Positions 30,274 through 40,095 of a DNA stretch of 64,000 nt are shown here, piece after piece (the stretch's first letter is position 1; the number at the start of each line of letters is the position of its first letter). Under the pieces are notes generated by a model that saw only the letters and a program-made list of their open reading frames with translations, ran no database searches and had not been told where the DNA came from. Both the position numbers and the translations under genes were made by a program. The stretch is from Bacillota bacterium (GTDB lineage Bacteria > Bacillota > Sulfobacillia > DUMF01): assembly GCA_049718765.1 (NCBI GenBank), contig JBNARI010000001.1, positions 109,697 to 173,696 on the forward strand. Reading direction: 5' to 3'.

Positions 30274-31467
30274 ATGGACCTGAAACGGCTGGTCGAGGAG
30301 TTTACGCCCCAAGCGATAGGGCTAAGGCGGGAGATCCATCGCCATCCAGAGCTGGGTTACGAGGAACACCGCACCTCTGCGCTGGTGGCGGAAAAGCTGG
30401 CTTTATGGGGGCTGAAAGTGCGGACTGGAGTTGCAAGTACTGGAGTGGTTGCAGACTTGGTGGGAGCAAAGCCTGGTGCCCACGTGCTTCTGCGGGCAGA
30501 CATGGATGCCCTTCCAATACAGGAGGAGACCGAACTGCCGTTCGCTTCCGAAGTACCTGGCAAAATGCACGCGTGTGGCCACGATCTGCACACAACCATA
30601 GTGCTTGGCGCGGCGTGGGTGCTCAGCGCGCTGAGGCAGCAGCTGACAGGAAGAGTTCGGTTCGTGTTTCAACCAGCAGAAGAGTGCAGTCCTACTGGTG
30701 GGGCAAAGCTCATGGTGGAGCAAGGCGTACTTCGAGACCCTCCGGTGGACTACGCGCTAGCGTTGCATGTTTGGCCAGAATTGAAAGTGGGGGAGTTCGG
30801 AATACGCCCTGGCACAGTGTCTGCGCAGTCGGACCGGCTGTTCATCAAGGTGAAAGGTAAGGGGGGTCATGCTTCTGCGCCCCACCAGGGAATTGACGCC
30901 ATCGTGGCTGCAGCTCAGGTAATATGTACTTTGCAGACTGTGGTTTCCCGGCGGGTGGATCCTAGAGATAGCGTGGTAATAACGATTGGCAAGATCCAGG
31001 GGGGAGAACGGTACAACGTAATTTGTGACTTGGTGGAGATGGAAGGGACTGTGAGGATCCTTTCGGGCGCCTACGGGGATAAGCTCCCGGCAATGATTCA
31101 GGAAGTGGCGGGCAATGCAGCCAAGGCGTGCGGAGCAGACGCGGAAGTGGAATATGTGCGGGGCTACCCAATGACCGTGAACCACCCAGGCCTTGCTGCT
31201 TGGGCTGCCCAGGTGATTTCAAGACAGTTTGGGCCGGAAGCGGTGCGGGAGATCCAGGCGGATGCTGGGGGAGAGGACTTCGCATTCATTGCCCAAAGGG
31301 TGCCTTCGCTTTACATCAAACTTGGCGCTGCCCCCGAGGAAAGCGTAGGGGAGATGTATCCGCTGCACCACAGCAAGGTGGTGTTTGATGAGCGGTGCAT
31401 TCCCGTGGGCATCAAAACCTTGTGCCTTCTAGTCCTTGGGCTTGGAGAGGCGGGATGCCGGATATGA
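30274..31467 (+). CDS. M20D family amidohydrolase (AbgA / hippurate-hydrolase-like)
   Basis: EIHRHPELGYEEHRTSALVAE…LRADMDALPIQE…MHACGHDLHTTI…, the M20D signature. Confidence 0.85.
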   Translation: MDLKRLVEEFTPQAIGLRREIHRHPELGYEEHRTSALVAEKLALWGLKVRTGVASTGVVADLVGAKPGAHVLLRADMDALPIQEETELPFASEVPGKMHACGHDLHTTIVLGAAWVLSALRQQLTGRVRFVFQPAEECSPTGGAKLMVEQGVLRDPPVDYALALHVWPELKVGEFGIRPGTVSAQSDRLFIKVKGKGGHASAPHQGIDAIVAAAQVICTLQTVVSRRVDPRDSVVITIGKIQGGERYNVICDLVEMEGTVRILSGAYGDKLPAMIQEVAGNAAKACGADAEVEYVRGYPMTVNHPGLAAWAAQVISRQFGPEAVREIQADAGGEDFAFIAQRVPSLYIKLGAAPEESVGEMYPLHHSKVVFDERCIPVGIKTLCLLVLGLGEAGCRI

Positions 31468-32768
31468 CTGATTTGTTGGCCAGGTGTACGGATTTTGCAC
31501 CCGAACTGATTGAACTCAGGCGGGAGATTCACCGCTATCCGGAACTGGGCTGGCTCGAGTTCAGGACAACAGATCGCGTGGCTCGGGTGTTGGAAGCCCT
31601 TGGCTACCAAGTGCTGCTAGGGGAGAAGGTGGTAAGAAGGGAGGCGGCGATGGGGGCACCAAGCCAGGAAGAATTGGCGCAAAACATACGGCGGGCTATC
31701 TCAGAGGGCGCTAGGGAACACGTGATCCACCAAATGAGGGGACTTACGGGCGTGGTTGGGGTGCTGGACACTCATGTTGATGGGCCAACAATTGCTTTCC
31801 GGGTGGACATGGATGCCCTGCCCCTGCAGGAAGCTGAAACCCAATCCCACAGGCCCTACAGAGAAGGTTTTTCTTCGTTGCACCAGGGGGTGATGCACGC
31901 ATGCGGCCATGACGGTCATGTGGCTGTAGGCGTTGGGCTGGCGCGGCTGCTGGCGGAGATCAGAGCTGAGCTCAAGGGAAAGGTCAAGCTCATCTTCCAG
32001 CCCGCCGAGGAGGGAGTTCGGGGAGCAAGGGCAATGGTTGAAGCTGGCATAGCCGACGACGTGGACTATTTCCTAGCTTTCCACTTGGGCCTTACTCCCA
32101 CCGACCAACTGGGGGTGGTTTGTAGGAGCAAGGGGTTCCTCTCAACCACCAAGATAGATGCCAGGTTCTTGGGCAAGGCGGCGCATGCGGGGGTCGCTCC
32201 GGAACAAGGGAGGAACGCGCTACTGGCTGCTGCCACTGCTGTGCTCAACGTTCACGCCATTGCTCCAAGCTCCCAGGGTGTGACCAGGGTGAACGTGGGC
32301 TACATGGAAGCTGGCTCCGGAAGGAATATTGTTCCAGATAAGGCGGTGCTGAAGCTAGAGACTCGAGGTGCAACTGACCAGCTTAACGAGTACGTGAGGG
32401 AGCGCGCGATTCAGGTGCTTGAAGCCAGTGCCCGAATGTACGGGGTCAGGTGCGAACTCGAGGAAGTGGGTCAATCGGGCAGCGCTGAAGGGGACGTGGA
32501 GCTGGCAGTCCTTGTGGGTAAGGTTGCCAGGGCAGTGGGTATCGAACTTATAGTGGATGAGGCGGAGGTGGGTGGCAGCGAAGACGCCACGCTTTTCATG
32601 AGCCGGGTGCAGAGAAGGGGCGGCAAGGCGTTATACTACCAGGTGCTCACACCCCTTGCCGCCGACCACCATAACAACCTATTCGACTTCGATGAGCGGG
32701 CGATCCCCCTGGCAGTGGCAATTGCGGGCGGCATGGTAAGGGAGATCGCCAGCATGTCACGTGTTTAG
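31455..32768 (+). CDS. M20 family amidohydrolase (AbgB-like)
   Basis: EIHRYPELGWLEFRTTDRVARVLE…FRVDMDALPLQE…MHACGHDGHVAVGVG…. ATG at 31455 follows GGAGAGG; the track ORF starts upstream at 31395. Confidence 0.8.
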   Translation: MPDMTDLLARCTDFAPELIELRREIHRYPELGWLEFRTTDRVARVLEALGYQVLLGEKVVRREAAMGAPSQEELAQNIRRAISEGAREHVIHQMRGLTGVVGVLDTHVDGPTIAFRVDMDALPLQEAETQSHRPYREGFSSLHQGVMHACGHDGHVAVGVGLARLLAEIRAELKGKVKLIFQPAEEGVRGARAMVEAGIADDVDYFLAFHLGLTPTDQLGVVCRSKGFLSTTKIDARFLGKAAHAGVAPEQGRNALLAAATAVLNVHAIAPSSQGVTRVNVGYMEAGSGRNIVPDKAVLKLETRGATDQLNEYVRERAIQVLEASARMYGVRCELEEVGQSGSAEGDVELAVLVGKVARAVGIELIVDEAEVGGSEDATLFMSRVQRRGGKALYYQVLTPLAADHHNNLFDFDERAIPLAVAIAGGMVREIASMSRV

Positions 32769-32778
32769 GCAATGGGCG

Positions 32779-33825
32779 TCACGGGCGAGCTACCTCCATA
32801 ACAACTCTAAACACGCTCTCGTCGTGGCTGGCTGCAAGCTCGAAGCCACGAACGGCTTCGGCCATGGTTACCACATGGGTTACCATGGGCCTTACCTTGA
32901 CCTTGCCAGAGCTTAGCAGGTCCACAGCGGTGCTGTAAGCCCCAGTGCCTGCCCGAGAACCCTCGATGGATATTTCCTTGTAATAGAGCTCCTCAAGGGG
33001 CACCCCTGAAGCTTTTTCCTTATACGTGCTGAAGACCACCACTTTCCCTCCAGGTTTGACTATGTTGATGGCTAAGGGTAACGCAGAGGTGTCTCCTGAC
33101 GCTTCCACAACTACGTCGAACCCTCCTGGGGCTACGGTGCTGAGCCTTTCCTGGAGTTGTTCACTTGACGAGCTGATTGCGAGGTCGCACCCAAGCTGTT
33201 CGGCCAGGGAGAGCCTGGATTGCCTTCTGCCTCCAACCAGAGCAACCTTGCCTGCACCTGCGGCCCTAAGCACTTGCGCGACTAGCAGCGCCGAATGTCC
33301 AGAACCCACTACGGCGGCTCTCTTGCCAATCATGGTTCCACAGCGGCTTACTGCCCTTACGGCACACGCGACTGCTACCAGAGACTGGGCTTCCAGCAAG
33401 TCCACGCCTTGCCCGACGGGGTGCACGATTTCTGCAGGCACAACCACGTACTCCGCCATTGCTCCGTCTCGGGTGCGCCCCAAAGCTATGCGGTTCCTGC
33501 AAAACTCGGCGTGCTCCGAAAGGCAAAGGTCACATTTGTGGCAAGGGTAGCTTGCTTCAGCCACCACCGTGTCCCCACATGTCACGTTGCTGACCCCTTC
33601 GCCAAGGGCGTCCACCTTACCCGAGAACTCATGACCTGGCACCACAGGGTAAGCCGCTCTGTGCTTTCCCTGCCATACCGTCACGTCTGTTCCACAGTAC
33701 CCCACGTAGCACACTTTGATACGCACCTCATTTGGGCCTGGTTGAGGCAGCGGCCTGTCTTCCAGTGCCACTTGAAGGGGTGCAGCTATGACCACAGCTT
33801 TCAAGACTTCCGCCTCCCGACTCAA
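32779..33825 (-). CDS. Zn-dependent medium-chain dehydrogenase (polyol / L-threonine-3-dehydrogenase-like)
   Basis: VCYVGYCGTDVTVWQGKH…PVVPGHEFSGKV (zinc-ADH signature), a second Zn site CHKCDLCLSEHAEFC, and a Rossmann GxGxxG motif (AVVGSGHSALL). Last gene of the GntR-headed minus-strand cluster. Confidence 0.8.
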   Translation of the reverse strand: MSREAEVLKAVVIAAPLQVALEDRPLPQPGPNEVRIKVCYVGYCGTDVTVWQGKHRAAYPVVPGHEFSGKVDALGEGVSNVTCGDTVVAEASYPCHKCDLCLSEHAEFCRNRIALGRTRDGAMAEYVVVPAEIVHPVGQGVDLLEAQSLVAVACAVRAVSRCGTMIGKRAAVVGSGHSALLVAQVLRAAGAGKVALVGGRRQSRLSLAEQLGCDLAISSSSEQLQERLSTVAPGGFDVVVEASGDTSALPLAINIVKPGGKVVVFSTYKEKASGVPLEELYYKEISIEGSRAGTGAYSTAVDLLSSGKVKVRPMVTHVVTMAEAVRGFELAASHDESVFRVVMEVARP

Positions 33826-33828
33826 AAA

Positions 33829-34842
33829 CTAGCAGATTCTCAGTACTGCCCTGCCTGTGACCCTGCCTGCGTGTAAGTCTTCCAGGGCAAGGTTGGCTTC
33901 GTGCAATGGGTATTCCTTGCCAATGACAGGCGTAATAGCCCGCCTGGCTATGAGGTCGAGGGCTTCGACGACACTTTGTTTGGAGCATCCCCTTGATCCC
34001 TTCACGCAGATTTGTCGGCGCACGAGTTCCGGCGTGGGAATGATTGCGCTGCTTTGGCTAGAGTAGCCAAGCACGACAATGGTGCCTTCGGCTTTGACGA
34101 GCTGCCTTGCGAGCCCAATGGAACTTTCAGACCCTACGGTATCGATCACGGCATGAAACTGCTTGAAATGATTGGTGCCAAGTTCCGTGGTGAGGAAGCA
34201 TTCACCTATGCCCAATTTGCGCGCTTGCTCTAGCTTGGGTTGGACGGATTCGATTCCGGTAACCCATGCTCCGCTCAGTCTTGCTATTTGAGCTGCGTGG
34301 ATTCCCAGCCCCCCTAGTCCGACTACAGCTACTCGCTGGCACAGCCCAACTCCGCCTGTGCGCTTCACTGCTTCAAGGCTGGTGGCAATAGCATCTGCTG
34401 CAATTGCAGCCTCGGGGAAATCTACCGTATCGGGCACCTGGATTACGTTTGCGGCGGGTACAGCCACAAACTCGGCGTACCCGCCATGGCTGGTAAATCC
34501 AATCTGTGAAACCATGTTTTCGCACAGCTGTTGCTTGCCTGTACGGCAATGTTCGCAGGTGCCGCAGCCCACGTAAAAGTAGACCACCACTTTCGTACCC
34601 TTCTTCAAACTGGTTACTGCTTGACCCAAGTCTTCGATAGTGCCCGCAATCTCGTGGCCGAGCACATGGGGCAGGCTTGGGAGCCTTTCAGGGGGCAACC
34701 AGCCGTTAGCAAGCTTTACGTCGCTGTGACACACGCCGCAGCTGTATACTTTCACGAGCACCTGGTCGCTGCCAAGATGTGGGACTGGCATTTCTTCCAG
34801 GCGCAAGGGCTTTCCAAACGAGCGCAATACCATTGCCCTCAT
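33829..34842 (-). CDS. Zn-dependent alcohol dehydrogenase (AdhP-like)
   Basis: SCGVCHSDVKLANGW…LGHEIAGTIEDLG, structural-Zn Cys cluster (CGTCEHCRTGKQQLC) and VAVVGLGGLGIHA. Confidence 0.85.
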   Translation of the reverse strand: MRAMVLRSFGKPLRLEEMPVPHLGSDQVLVKVYSCGVCHSDVKLANGWLPPERLPSLPHVLGHEIAGTIEDLGQAVTSLKKGTKVVVYFYVGCGTCEHCRTGKQQLCENMVSQIGFTSHGGYAEFVAVPAANVIQVPDTVDFPEAAIAADAIATSLEAVKRTGGVGLCQRVAVVGLGGLGIHAAQIARLSGAWVTGIESVQPKLEQARKLGIGECFLTTELGTNHFKQFHAVIDTVGSESSIGLARQLVKAEGTIVVLGYSSQSSAIIPTPELVRRQICVKGSRGCSKQSVVEALDLIARRAITPVIGKEYPLHEANLALEDLHAGRVTGRAVLRIC

Positions 34843-34845
34843 AGC

Positions 34846-36045
34846 TCATACCTTCCCAAGGATGTCCAGGAACTCCTCATCGGTTAGGCAACGTTTTTTC
34901 TCCGTCGAGAGCTTTTTCACTTCTTCAACTACTACATCCAGTTTGTGGTCGGGCACAGTCACACCGAGTTCTGCTGCCTTGACCTTAACGGATTCCTTAC
35001 CGCTCTTCTTGCCTAGCACCACTCGGATTTGCTGGCCCACAAGTCCAGGTTTGTACGGGAATATGGCCAGGGGCATGCTGTACACGGCTTCCATACCCAG
35101 TCCTATTTCCCGCATGAAGGCAGATTCGCCTACTATGGGCTTGTTGCGGGCAGGCTTGATTCCGCTTAGCTCTTCAAGCATCTTTGACAACTGCACCAGT
35201 TTATCGAGTTTAATGCCAGTGCGATATCCGTAGAGCAGTTCCAAGGCAAGGCAGACTTCATCCAGTGCTGCGTTTCCTGTACGCTCGCCCAGGCCGTTCA
35301 CGCAAACGTGTACTGACTGGGCTCCTGCTTCGAGACCTGCCAGGGATGTGGCAGTGGCTAAGCCAAGGTCGTTGTGGGTGTGAATCTCCAGGGGCAAATC
35401 TGTCCACTGGCGGACCCGCGTGACCAGGTACCTTATCGCAGCGGGCGTGGCGCAGCCTGTGGTGTCTATAATCGCAATGCTGTCTGGGCGCGCATTTGCC
35501 ACAACGGTGGTTATGAGCTGCCTCAAGAAGTTGATGTCGGCCCTGGTGGTGTCAAAGGGGAAGAAACACACGTTTAGCCCTTTGGACTTGGCATAGGCTA
35601 CCGCTTCCACGGCTCTGTCAAGGGCCTGCTGTTCGGTCCACTTGAGTTGGTACTTGATTTTAGGCTCTCCGCTGGGGCTTTCAATCACCACGTGCTGCAC
35701 TCCGCAATCCACAGCCTTATCGATGTCTCCCTTGGTGGCCCTGCAGAAAGCGTATATCTTGGCGGGAAGTTTCAACTCAATTATCTTGCGAATCGCAGAA
35801 GCGTCTTCTTGGGAAACTGCTGGCATCCCCGCCTCTATCCTCTGGACGCCTACTTCTGCAAGCATCTCAGCAATAGCGATCTTTTCCTTTTCCCGAAACA
35901 CCACTCCGGGGCTTTGTTCGCCGTCGCGCAGAGTGGCGTCATGAAACTCGATGCCCCTTGGAAGTTGTGGCAGCACTTCCTTCTCGAAGTTGAAAGGGCT
36001 TACCCACCAGTTGTCGGTTTTCCATTCGCCGTTCATGCTTGGCAC
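34846..36045 (-). CDS. HMGL-like DRE-TIM metallolyase: homocitrate / citramalate / 2-isopropylmalate synthase-family protein
   Basis: 399 aa. LRDGEQSPGV, HTHNDLGLATA and the LGERTGNAALDEV motifs of the alpha-IPM/homocitrate synthase family. No LeuA regulatory domain. Confidence 0.75.
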   Translation of the reverse strand: MPSMNGEWKTDNWWVSPFNFEKEVLPQLPRGIEFHDATLRDGEQSPGVVFREKEKIAIAEMLAEVGVQRIEAGMPAVSQEDASAIRKIIELKLPAKIYAFCRATKGDIDKAVDCGVQHVVIESPSGEPKIKYQLKWTEQQALDRAVEAVAYAKSKGLNVCFFPFDTTRADINFLRQLITTVVANARPDSIAIIDTTGCATPAAIRYLVTRVRQWTDLPLEIHTHNDLGLATATSLAGLEAGAQSVHVCVNGLGERTGNAALDEVCLALELLYGYRTGIKLDKLVQLSKMLEELSGIKPARNKPIVGESAFMREIGLGMEAVYSMPLAIFPYKPGLVGQQIRVVLGKKSGKESVKVKAAELGVTVPDHKLDVVVEEVKKLSTEKKRCLTDEEFLDILGKV

Positions 36046-36059
36046 CTCCTCAGAAGCTT

Positions 36060-37022
36060 TCAGTCTACGTTGACCGGATGAAGCGGTTTTCCTCTTAGCA
36101 CGACTTCAACTACGTTTCTTGCGGCCACCATGCTGGTGCGCGCCGCAGATTCGTAAGTGTATGCGCCCATGTGGGGGGTGAGCACCACGTTGGGCATTTT
36201 CAAGAGAGGGTTGCCCGGCTCAGGAGGCTCGGTGGACAAAACGTCTAAGCCTGCGGCGGCTATCCATCCCTGTTGCAGGGCCTCGCAGAGGGCTTCCTGA
36301 TCCACTACTTCCCCCCTTGAGGTGTTGATCAGGATTGCGGTGGGCTTCATCTTTCTGAGCTCCTCTCTGCCTATTAGCCCTCTCGTGTGGGGGGTGAGGG
36401 GTACGTGCAAACTCACCACGTCGCTCTGCTTCAAGCACGTGTCCATGTCCACCTGACGGGCGCCCTTGGAAACCAGGGCGGGCGCTAGCTTGCTTTCCTG
36501 GATGTCATGGCCAAGCACGTTCATACCAAAGGCCAGTGCAATTTCGGCCAGGGATGACCCTATAGCTCCAGTGCCGATGACCCCCAGGGTCTTGCCCTTG
36601 AGCTCGAACCCAAATATGGGGCCCCAATTGCCTGCCCTGACTGCCTTGTCTGCTGACACCACGTTCCTGGCGCAAGCCAGCATCAAGGCAAATGCCAGTT
36701 CGGCAACTGCCCTTGCGCTCTCGTGAGGCACGTTGGTCACTGTGATACCTCGCTGCCGTGCGGCTGCAACGTCTATGTTGTCCACTCCAACTCCGTGTTT
36801 GGAGATTACTTTGAGTTTGATCGCATGGTTCAGCAGCTTCGTGTCGATACGCTCAAGGCCCACGATTACTGCGTCCACGTCCTGAATGAGCTGTTGGATT
36901 TCCTCGGTCTTGGCAGGGTACCGAGACAACCTCACCACCGAGAAGCCATTTTGCTCCAGGTACGTTACGGGCTCCGGATCGTATTTTGCAAAGGTTGGTG
37001 TGGTTATCAACACTTTATACAT
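36060..37022 (-). CDS. D-isomer-specific 2-hydroxyacid dehydrogenase (glyoxylate / hydroxypyruvate reductase or PGDH-like)
   Basis: NAD-binding GVIGTGAIGSSLAEIALAFGMNVLGHD and the catalytic R/E/H region (…TSRGEVVDQEAL…LDVLSTEPP…LTPHMGAYT). Confidence 0.85.
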   Translation of the reverse strand: MYKVLITTPTFAKYDPEPVTYLEQNGFSVVRLSRYPAKTEEIQQLIQDVDAVIVGLERIDTKLLNHAIKLKVISKHGVGVDNIDVAAARQRGITVTNVPHESARAVAELAFALMLACARNVVSADKAVRAGNWGPIFGFELKGKTLGVIGTGAIGSSLAEIALAFGMNVLGHDIQESKLAPALVSKGARQVDMDTCLKQSDVVSLHVPLTPHTRGLIGREELRKMKPTAILINTSRGEVVDQEALCEALQQGWIAAAGLDVLSTEPPEPGNPLLKMPNVVLTPHMGAYTYESAARTSMVAARNVVEVVLRGKPLHPVNVD

Positions 37023-37025
37023 GCG

Positions 37026-38954
37026 TCATGCACTCCTTGTATCGGTCGTCGTGGGATGGCCTTGCTTACTGCCGAAGTAGTGCCAGAGCATGCCGCCGCC
37101 AAGCAGGCCAAAGCCGAGCACGTCAGTTGCAGGCTCGGGTATCATTAAGCAGATTCCTGATGCGAGCAACAACAGGCGAATCCAAGTGTTCACAGGAGCC
37201 TGGAACCACCCGGACAATGCCACCGAAAGGGCAAACACCCCAACGAGGGAAGTCACGCATGACCACAGCACCCAGGTCCATTTCCCTACCAGCAACAGCG
37301 CTGGACTATAGACGAACATGAAGGGCACCAGGAAGCCCACAATTCCCAGCCTTGCCGCTGTGAGCGCTACCTTTACGGGGTTAGTTTTGGCAATGGCCGC
37401 AGCAGGATAAGCCACCAGTGCCACTGGAGGCGTAATTCCGCTTATGCAGGCATAGTAGAACACGAAAAGGTGTGCTTGTAGCGGCGAAATGCCCATCTTT
37501 GTGAGCGCTGGTGCCATGACTGCTGCGGAAATCAAATAACACGCGGTCGTGGGCAGACCCATACTCAGGATTACCACGATGAGTGCCACCAACACTAAGG
37601 CTAGCAGCAGGGAACCCGACGCCAAACTCACAACGGCCGCCGAAAGCTTCAAGCCCACGCCTGTTAGGGATATCATGGCAACCACTATGCCCGCACACGC
37701 GCACGAGGCGATCACCTCGAGGCACCCCTTTGTACCGTTTGCCAGGGCCTCAACGAACTTGTTCCAACTCAGGCGGGTGTCTTTTTTTAGGAAGGATACC
37801 AGCACTGCGGTGTAAAGGGAGAACAGGGCCGCCCTAATTGCAGTAGTTTGGACCACCAGCAGCTCGTAGAGGAGGACCAATATCGGGATTAGCAGGTGGC
37901 CCCTTTCCCTGATAACCGACCTGGCTAGGGGCAGTTGGGAAGGTGGCAATCCTTTAAGGTTAGTTCTGCCTGCTTCGAAGTCGATCATAAAATAGACTGC
38001 TAGGAAGTAAAGGATAGCTGGCAACGCTGCGGATATGGCAATTGTGGAGTAGGGTTTTGAGATCATTTCCGCCATGAGGAAGGCACCAGCACCCATGATG
38101 GGAGGCATGATTTGACCTCCCGTAGAAGCCACCGCTTCCACTGCGCCTGCAAAGTGGGGAGCAAACCCGGTGCTCTTCATTAGTGGGATGGTGAAAGTGC
38201 CCGTGGCAACCACGTTTGCGATGCCGCTCCCGGAAATGGTGCCAAAAAGCGCACTTGCCAGTACTGCCACTTTCGCTGGACCACCCCTGAACCTACCAGC
38301 AATAGAATAAGCCAAGTCAGTGTAAAACTTGCCAGTTCCAGTGGCGCTCAGCATTGCACCGAAGAGTATGAAGAGCAATACATACGTAGATGAAGCGCCC
38401 AGGGGGATCCCATATATTCCATCGATGCTGAAGGCCTGGGAGATGATGCGGGCAAGGGGATAGCTCTTAGCCCGCAAGGGCCCTGGGAAAAGCGACGCAA
38501 ACCTCGAGTACACCATGAGCACTACTGTTAGGATCACCAGAGGCAAACCTACCAGACGACGTACCATTTCCAAAACCAAGAGTATGGCGAGGAGACCGAA
38601 CACTATGTCCAGGGGAGTAGGAGCAACTCCAGCCCTTAGCACAAAGGCATCTCCTTGGGTGAACACGTAAACGGTGACAGCCAGCCCCACAATGGGCAAG
38701 AGCCAATCAATGACTGTTGGGCGGTCTCTCCATCGCTGGCCAGGTGCGTAAACTAAGGGTACTAGCACGAACGCAGCCAGGAGGTGAAGTAGCCGAAGTT
38801 CCAGGACTGAGGTTGCCTTCACTCCAAGGGCAATCACGTGGTAGACGCTGGCTGCGGCGGCCAAGTAGTTGACTGCTGTGAAAAGTGGTGGTTTTAGATG
38901 TCGTCTCAAGCTCTCAGAAGGTTCTTCCAACGTGTTCTTACGGCTTGCTGGCAT
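37026..38954 (-). CDS. TRAP transporter fused permease (DctQ-like 4TM plus DctM-like 12TM; TAXI-type)
   Basis: 642 aa, very hydrophobic, with TRAP large-permease blocks (FGTISGSGIANVVATGTFTIPLMK…MPPIMGAGAFLMAEM). Adjacent to the TAXI receptor gene. Confidence 0.85.
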   Translation of the reverse strand: MPASRKNTLEEPSESLRRHLKPPLFTAVNYLAAAASVYHVIALGVKATSVLELRLLHLLAAFVLVPLVYAPGQRWRDRPTVIDWLLPIVGLAVTVYVFTQGDAFVLRAGVAPTPLDIVFGLLAILLVLEMVRRLVGLPLVILTVVLMVYSRFASLFPGPLRAKSYPLARIISQAFSIDGIYGIPLGASSTYVLLFILFGAMLSATGTGKFYTDLAYSIAGRFRGGPAKVAVLASALFGTISGSGIANVVATGTFTIPLMKSTGFAPHFAGAVEAVASTGGQIMPPIMGAGAFLMAEMISKPYSTIAISAALPAILYFLAVYFMIDFEAGRTNLKGLPPSQLPLARSVIRERGHLLIPILVLLYELLVVQTTAIRAALFSLYTAVLVSFLKKDTRLSWNKFVEALANGTKGCLEVIASCACAGIVVAMISLTGVGLKLSAAVVSLASGSLLLALVLVALIVVILSMGLPTTACYLISAAVMAPALTKMGISPLQAHLFVFYYACISGITPPVALVAYPAAAIAKTNPVKVALTAARLGIVGFLVPFMFVYSPALLLVGKWTWVLWSCVTSLVGVFALSVALSGWFQAPVNTWIRLLLLASGICLMIPEPATDVLGFGLLGGGMLWHYFGSKQGHPTTTDTRSA

Positions 38955-39019
38955 GGGCGATCCTCCTTATGACGCTGGTTGGTCTCCGCCATGACGGCGG
39001 AGACCAACGTGTTCCAACA

Positions 39020-40069
39020 CTATTTCTTCGGCGGTGGTGGTAGGACCGGAAGCTTGACACCCTTCTCCTTGTAGTACTTTTCCGCGCCCGAGTGGAGAGG
39101 CAAGTTCATGTACTGGACGTTTTCCAAAGTGCATTGCTTGAAGCTTGCATGGGCGTTATGGATTATGGACGGATTGTCGAACACTGCCTTCACCGCGTTG
39201 TAGATGAAGTCCTCGGGCAAGCTAGGTGAGCAAATTATGAAGTTCCAGCCCTGGAACACCTTGATGTCCTTGGTGAGGCCCTTGTACGTGCCGGCCCGCA
39301 GCGTACCAACGCTGTAATATGGATATGCTTCCTGGAACTTGTTAAGGTCTGCCTCGGACATTTCTATGAACCTGAGTTTGTGCTGGGTCTCTAGCTCCTG
39401 GATAAAGCCTGCGGGATGGCCTGCCAGGTAGAAAACTGCATCTACCAGACCGTCACGCACCATGCCTCCAGTGTCTTCCCAGCTTGCATTTACGATCTTC
39501 TTGGGGTTGATCTTGAAGAACTCCAGGATTTGCCTTCCAGTGACGTCACTTCCCCCGCCAGCGTAACCGAGAGCCACGATCTTGCCGTTGAGGTCGTATA
39601 TCGACTTTATGGGGGAGTTGTCTTTCACGAACCAGACGCCCTCATAGGAATACGATGGAATCAGGGAAGCCACGTTCTTGTATTCTGTTCCCTTTGCCCA
39701 GGAGAGTCCGTAGTACCCGGGGTAGGTCTGAAGCGTGGAGCTTATGCCGAATTCCACCTGGCCGTTGTGTACCAGCTGCATGTTCTGGGAGGAGCCGCCT
39801 GGCTCGACGTTCATTTGCAGCCCGTCGAAGGCTTTCATCATTGTCTCTGCGAAGGCGGCGCAGAAGTTCACGAACAAGCTGCCTGCAGGGCCGCTTGCCA
39901 CCGACATGAGGGACTTGGGTGGCTTGGGCTTAGCAGGCTGCTGTTGGCCTGCTTCCTTCTTCTCTTGGGCCGGTTGCTGCGGAGCAGCCTGTTGGGTGCT
40001 GCACCCTACAATGGATACCATCAGAAGCAGCGCCAGCAACACCACCAAAACCTTGTTTGGCCTAAGCAT
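39020..40069 (-). CDS. TAXI-family TRAP transporter solute receptor lipoprotein
   Basis: Signal peptide plus lipobox (LLMVSIVGCST), a Q/P/K-rich linker and the TAXI core (SVASGPAGSLFVNF…VALGYAGGGSDVTGRQILEFF). Confidence 0.8.
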   Translation of the reverse strand: MLRPNKVLVVLLALLLMVSIVGCSTQQAAPQQPAQEKKEAGQQQPAKPKPPKSLMSVASGPAGSLFVNFCAAFAETMMKAFDGLQMNVEPGGSSQNMQLVHNGQVEFGISSTLQTYPGYYGLSWAKGTEYKNVASLIPSYSYEGVWFVKDNSPIKSIYDLNGKIVALGYAGGGSDVTGRQILEFFKINPKKIVNASWEDTGGMVRDGLVDAVFYLAGHPAGFIQELETQHKLRFIEMSEADLNKFQEAYPYYSVGTLRAGTYKGLTKDIKVFQGWNFIICSPSLPEDFIYNAVKAVFDNPSIIHNAHASFKQCTLENVQYMNLPLHSGAEKYYKEKGVKLPVLPPPPKK

Positions 40070-40095
40070 TTTTTAGGGATCCCTCCTTTTGATGC

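Noticed and set aside
37090-37311. Small plus-strand ORFs inside the TRAP permease region
   Set aside because: Antisense to the TRAP fused-permease gene. Spurious.
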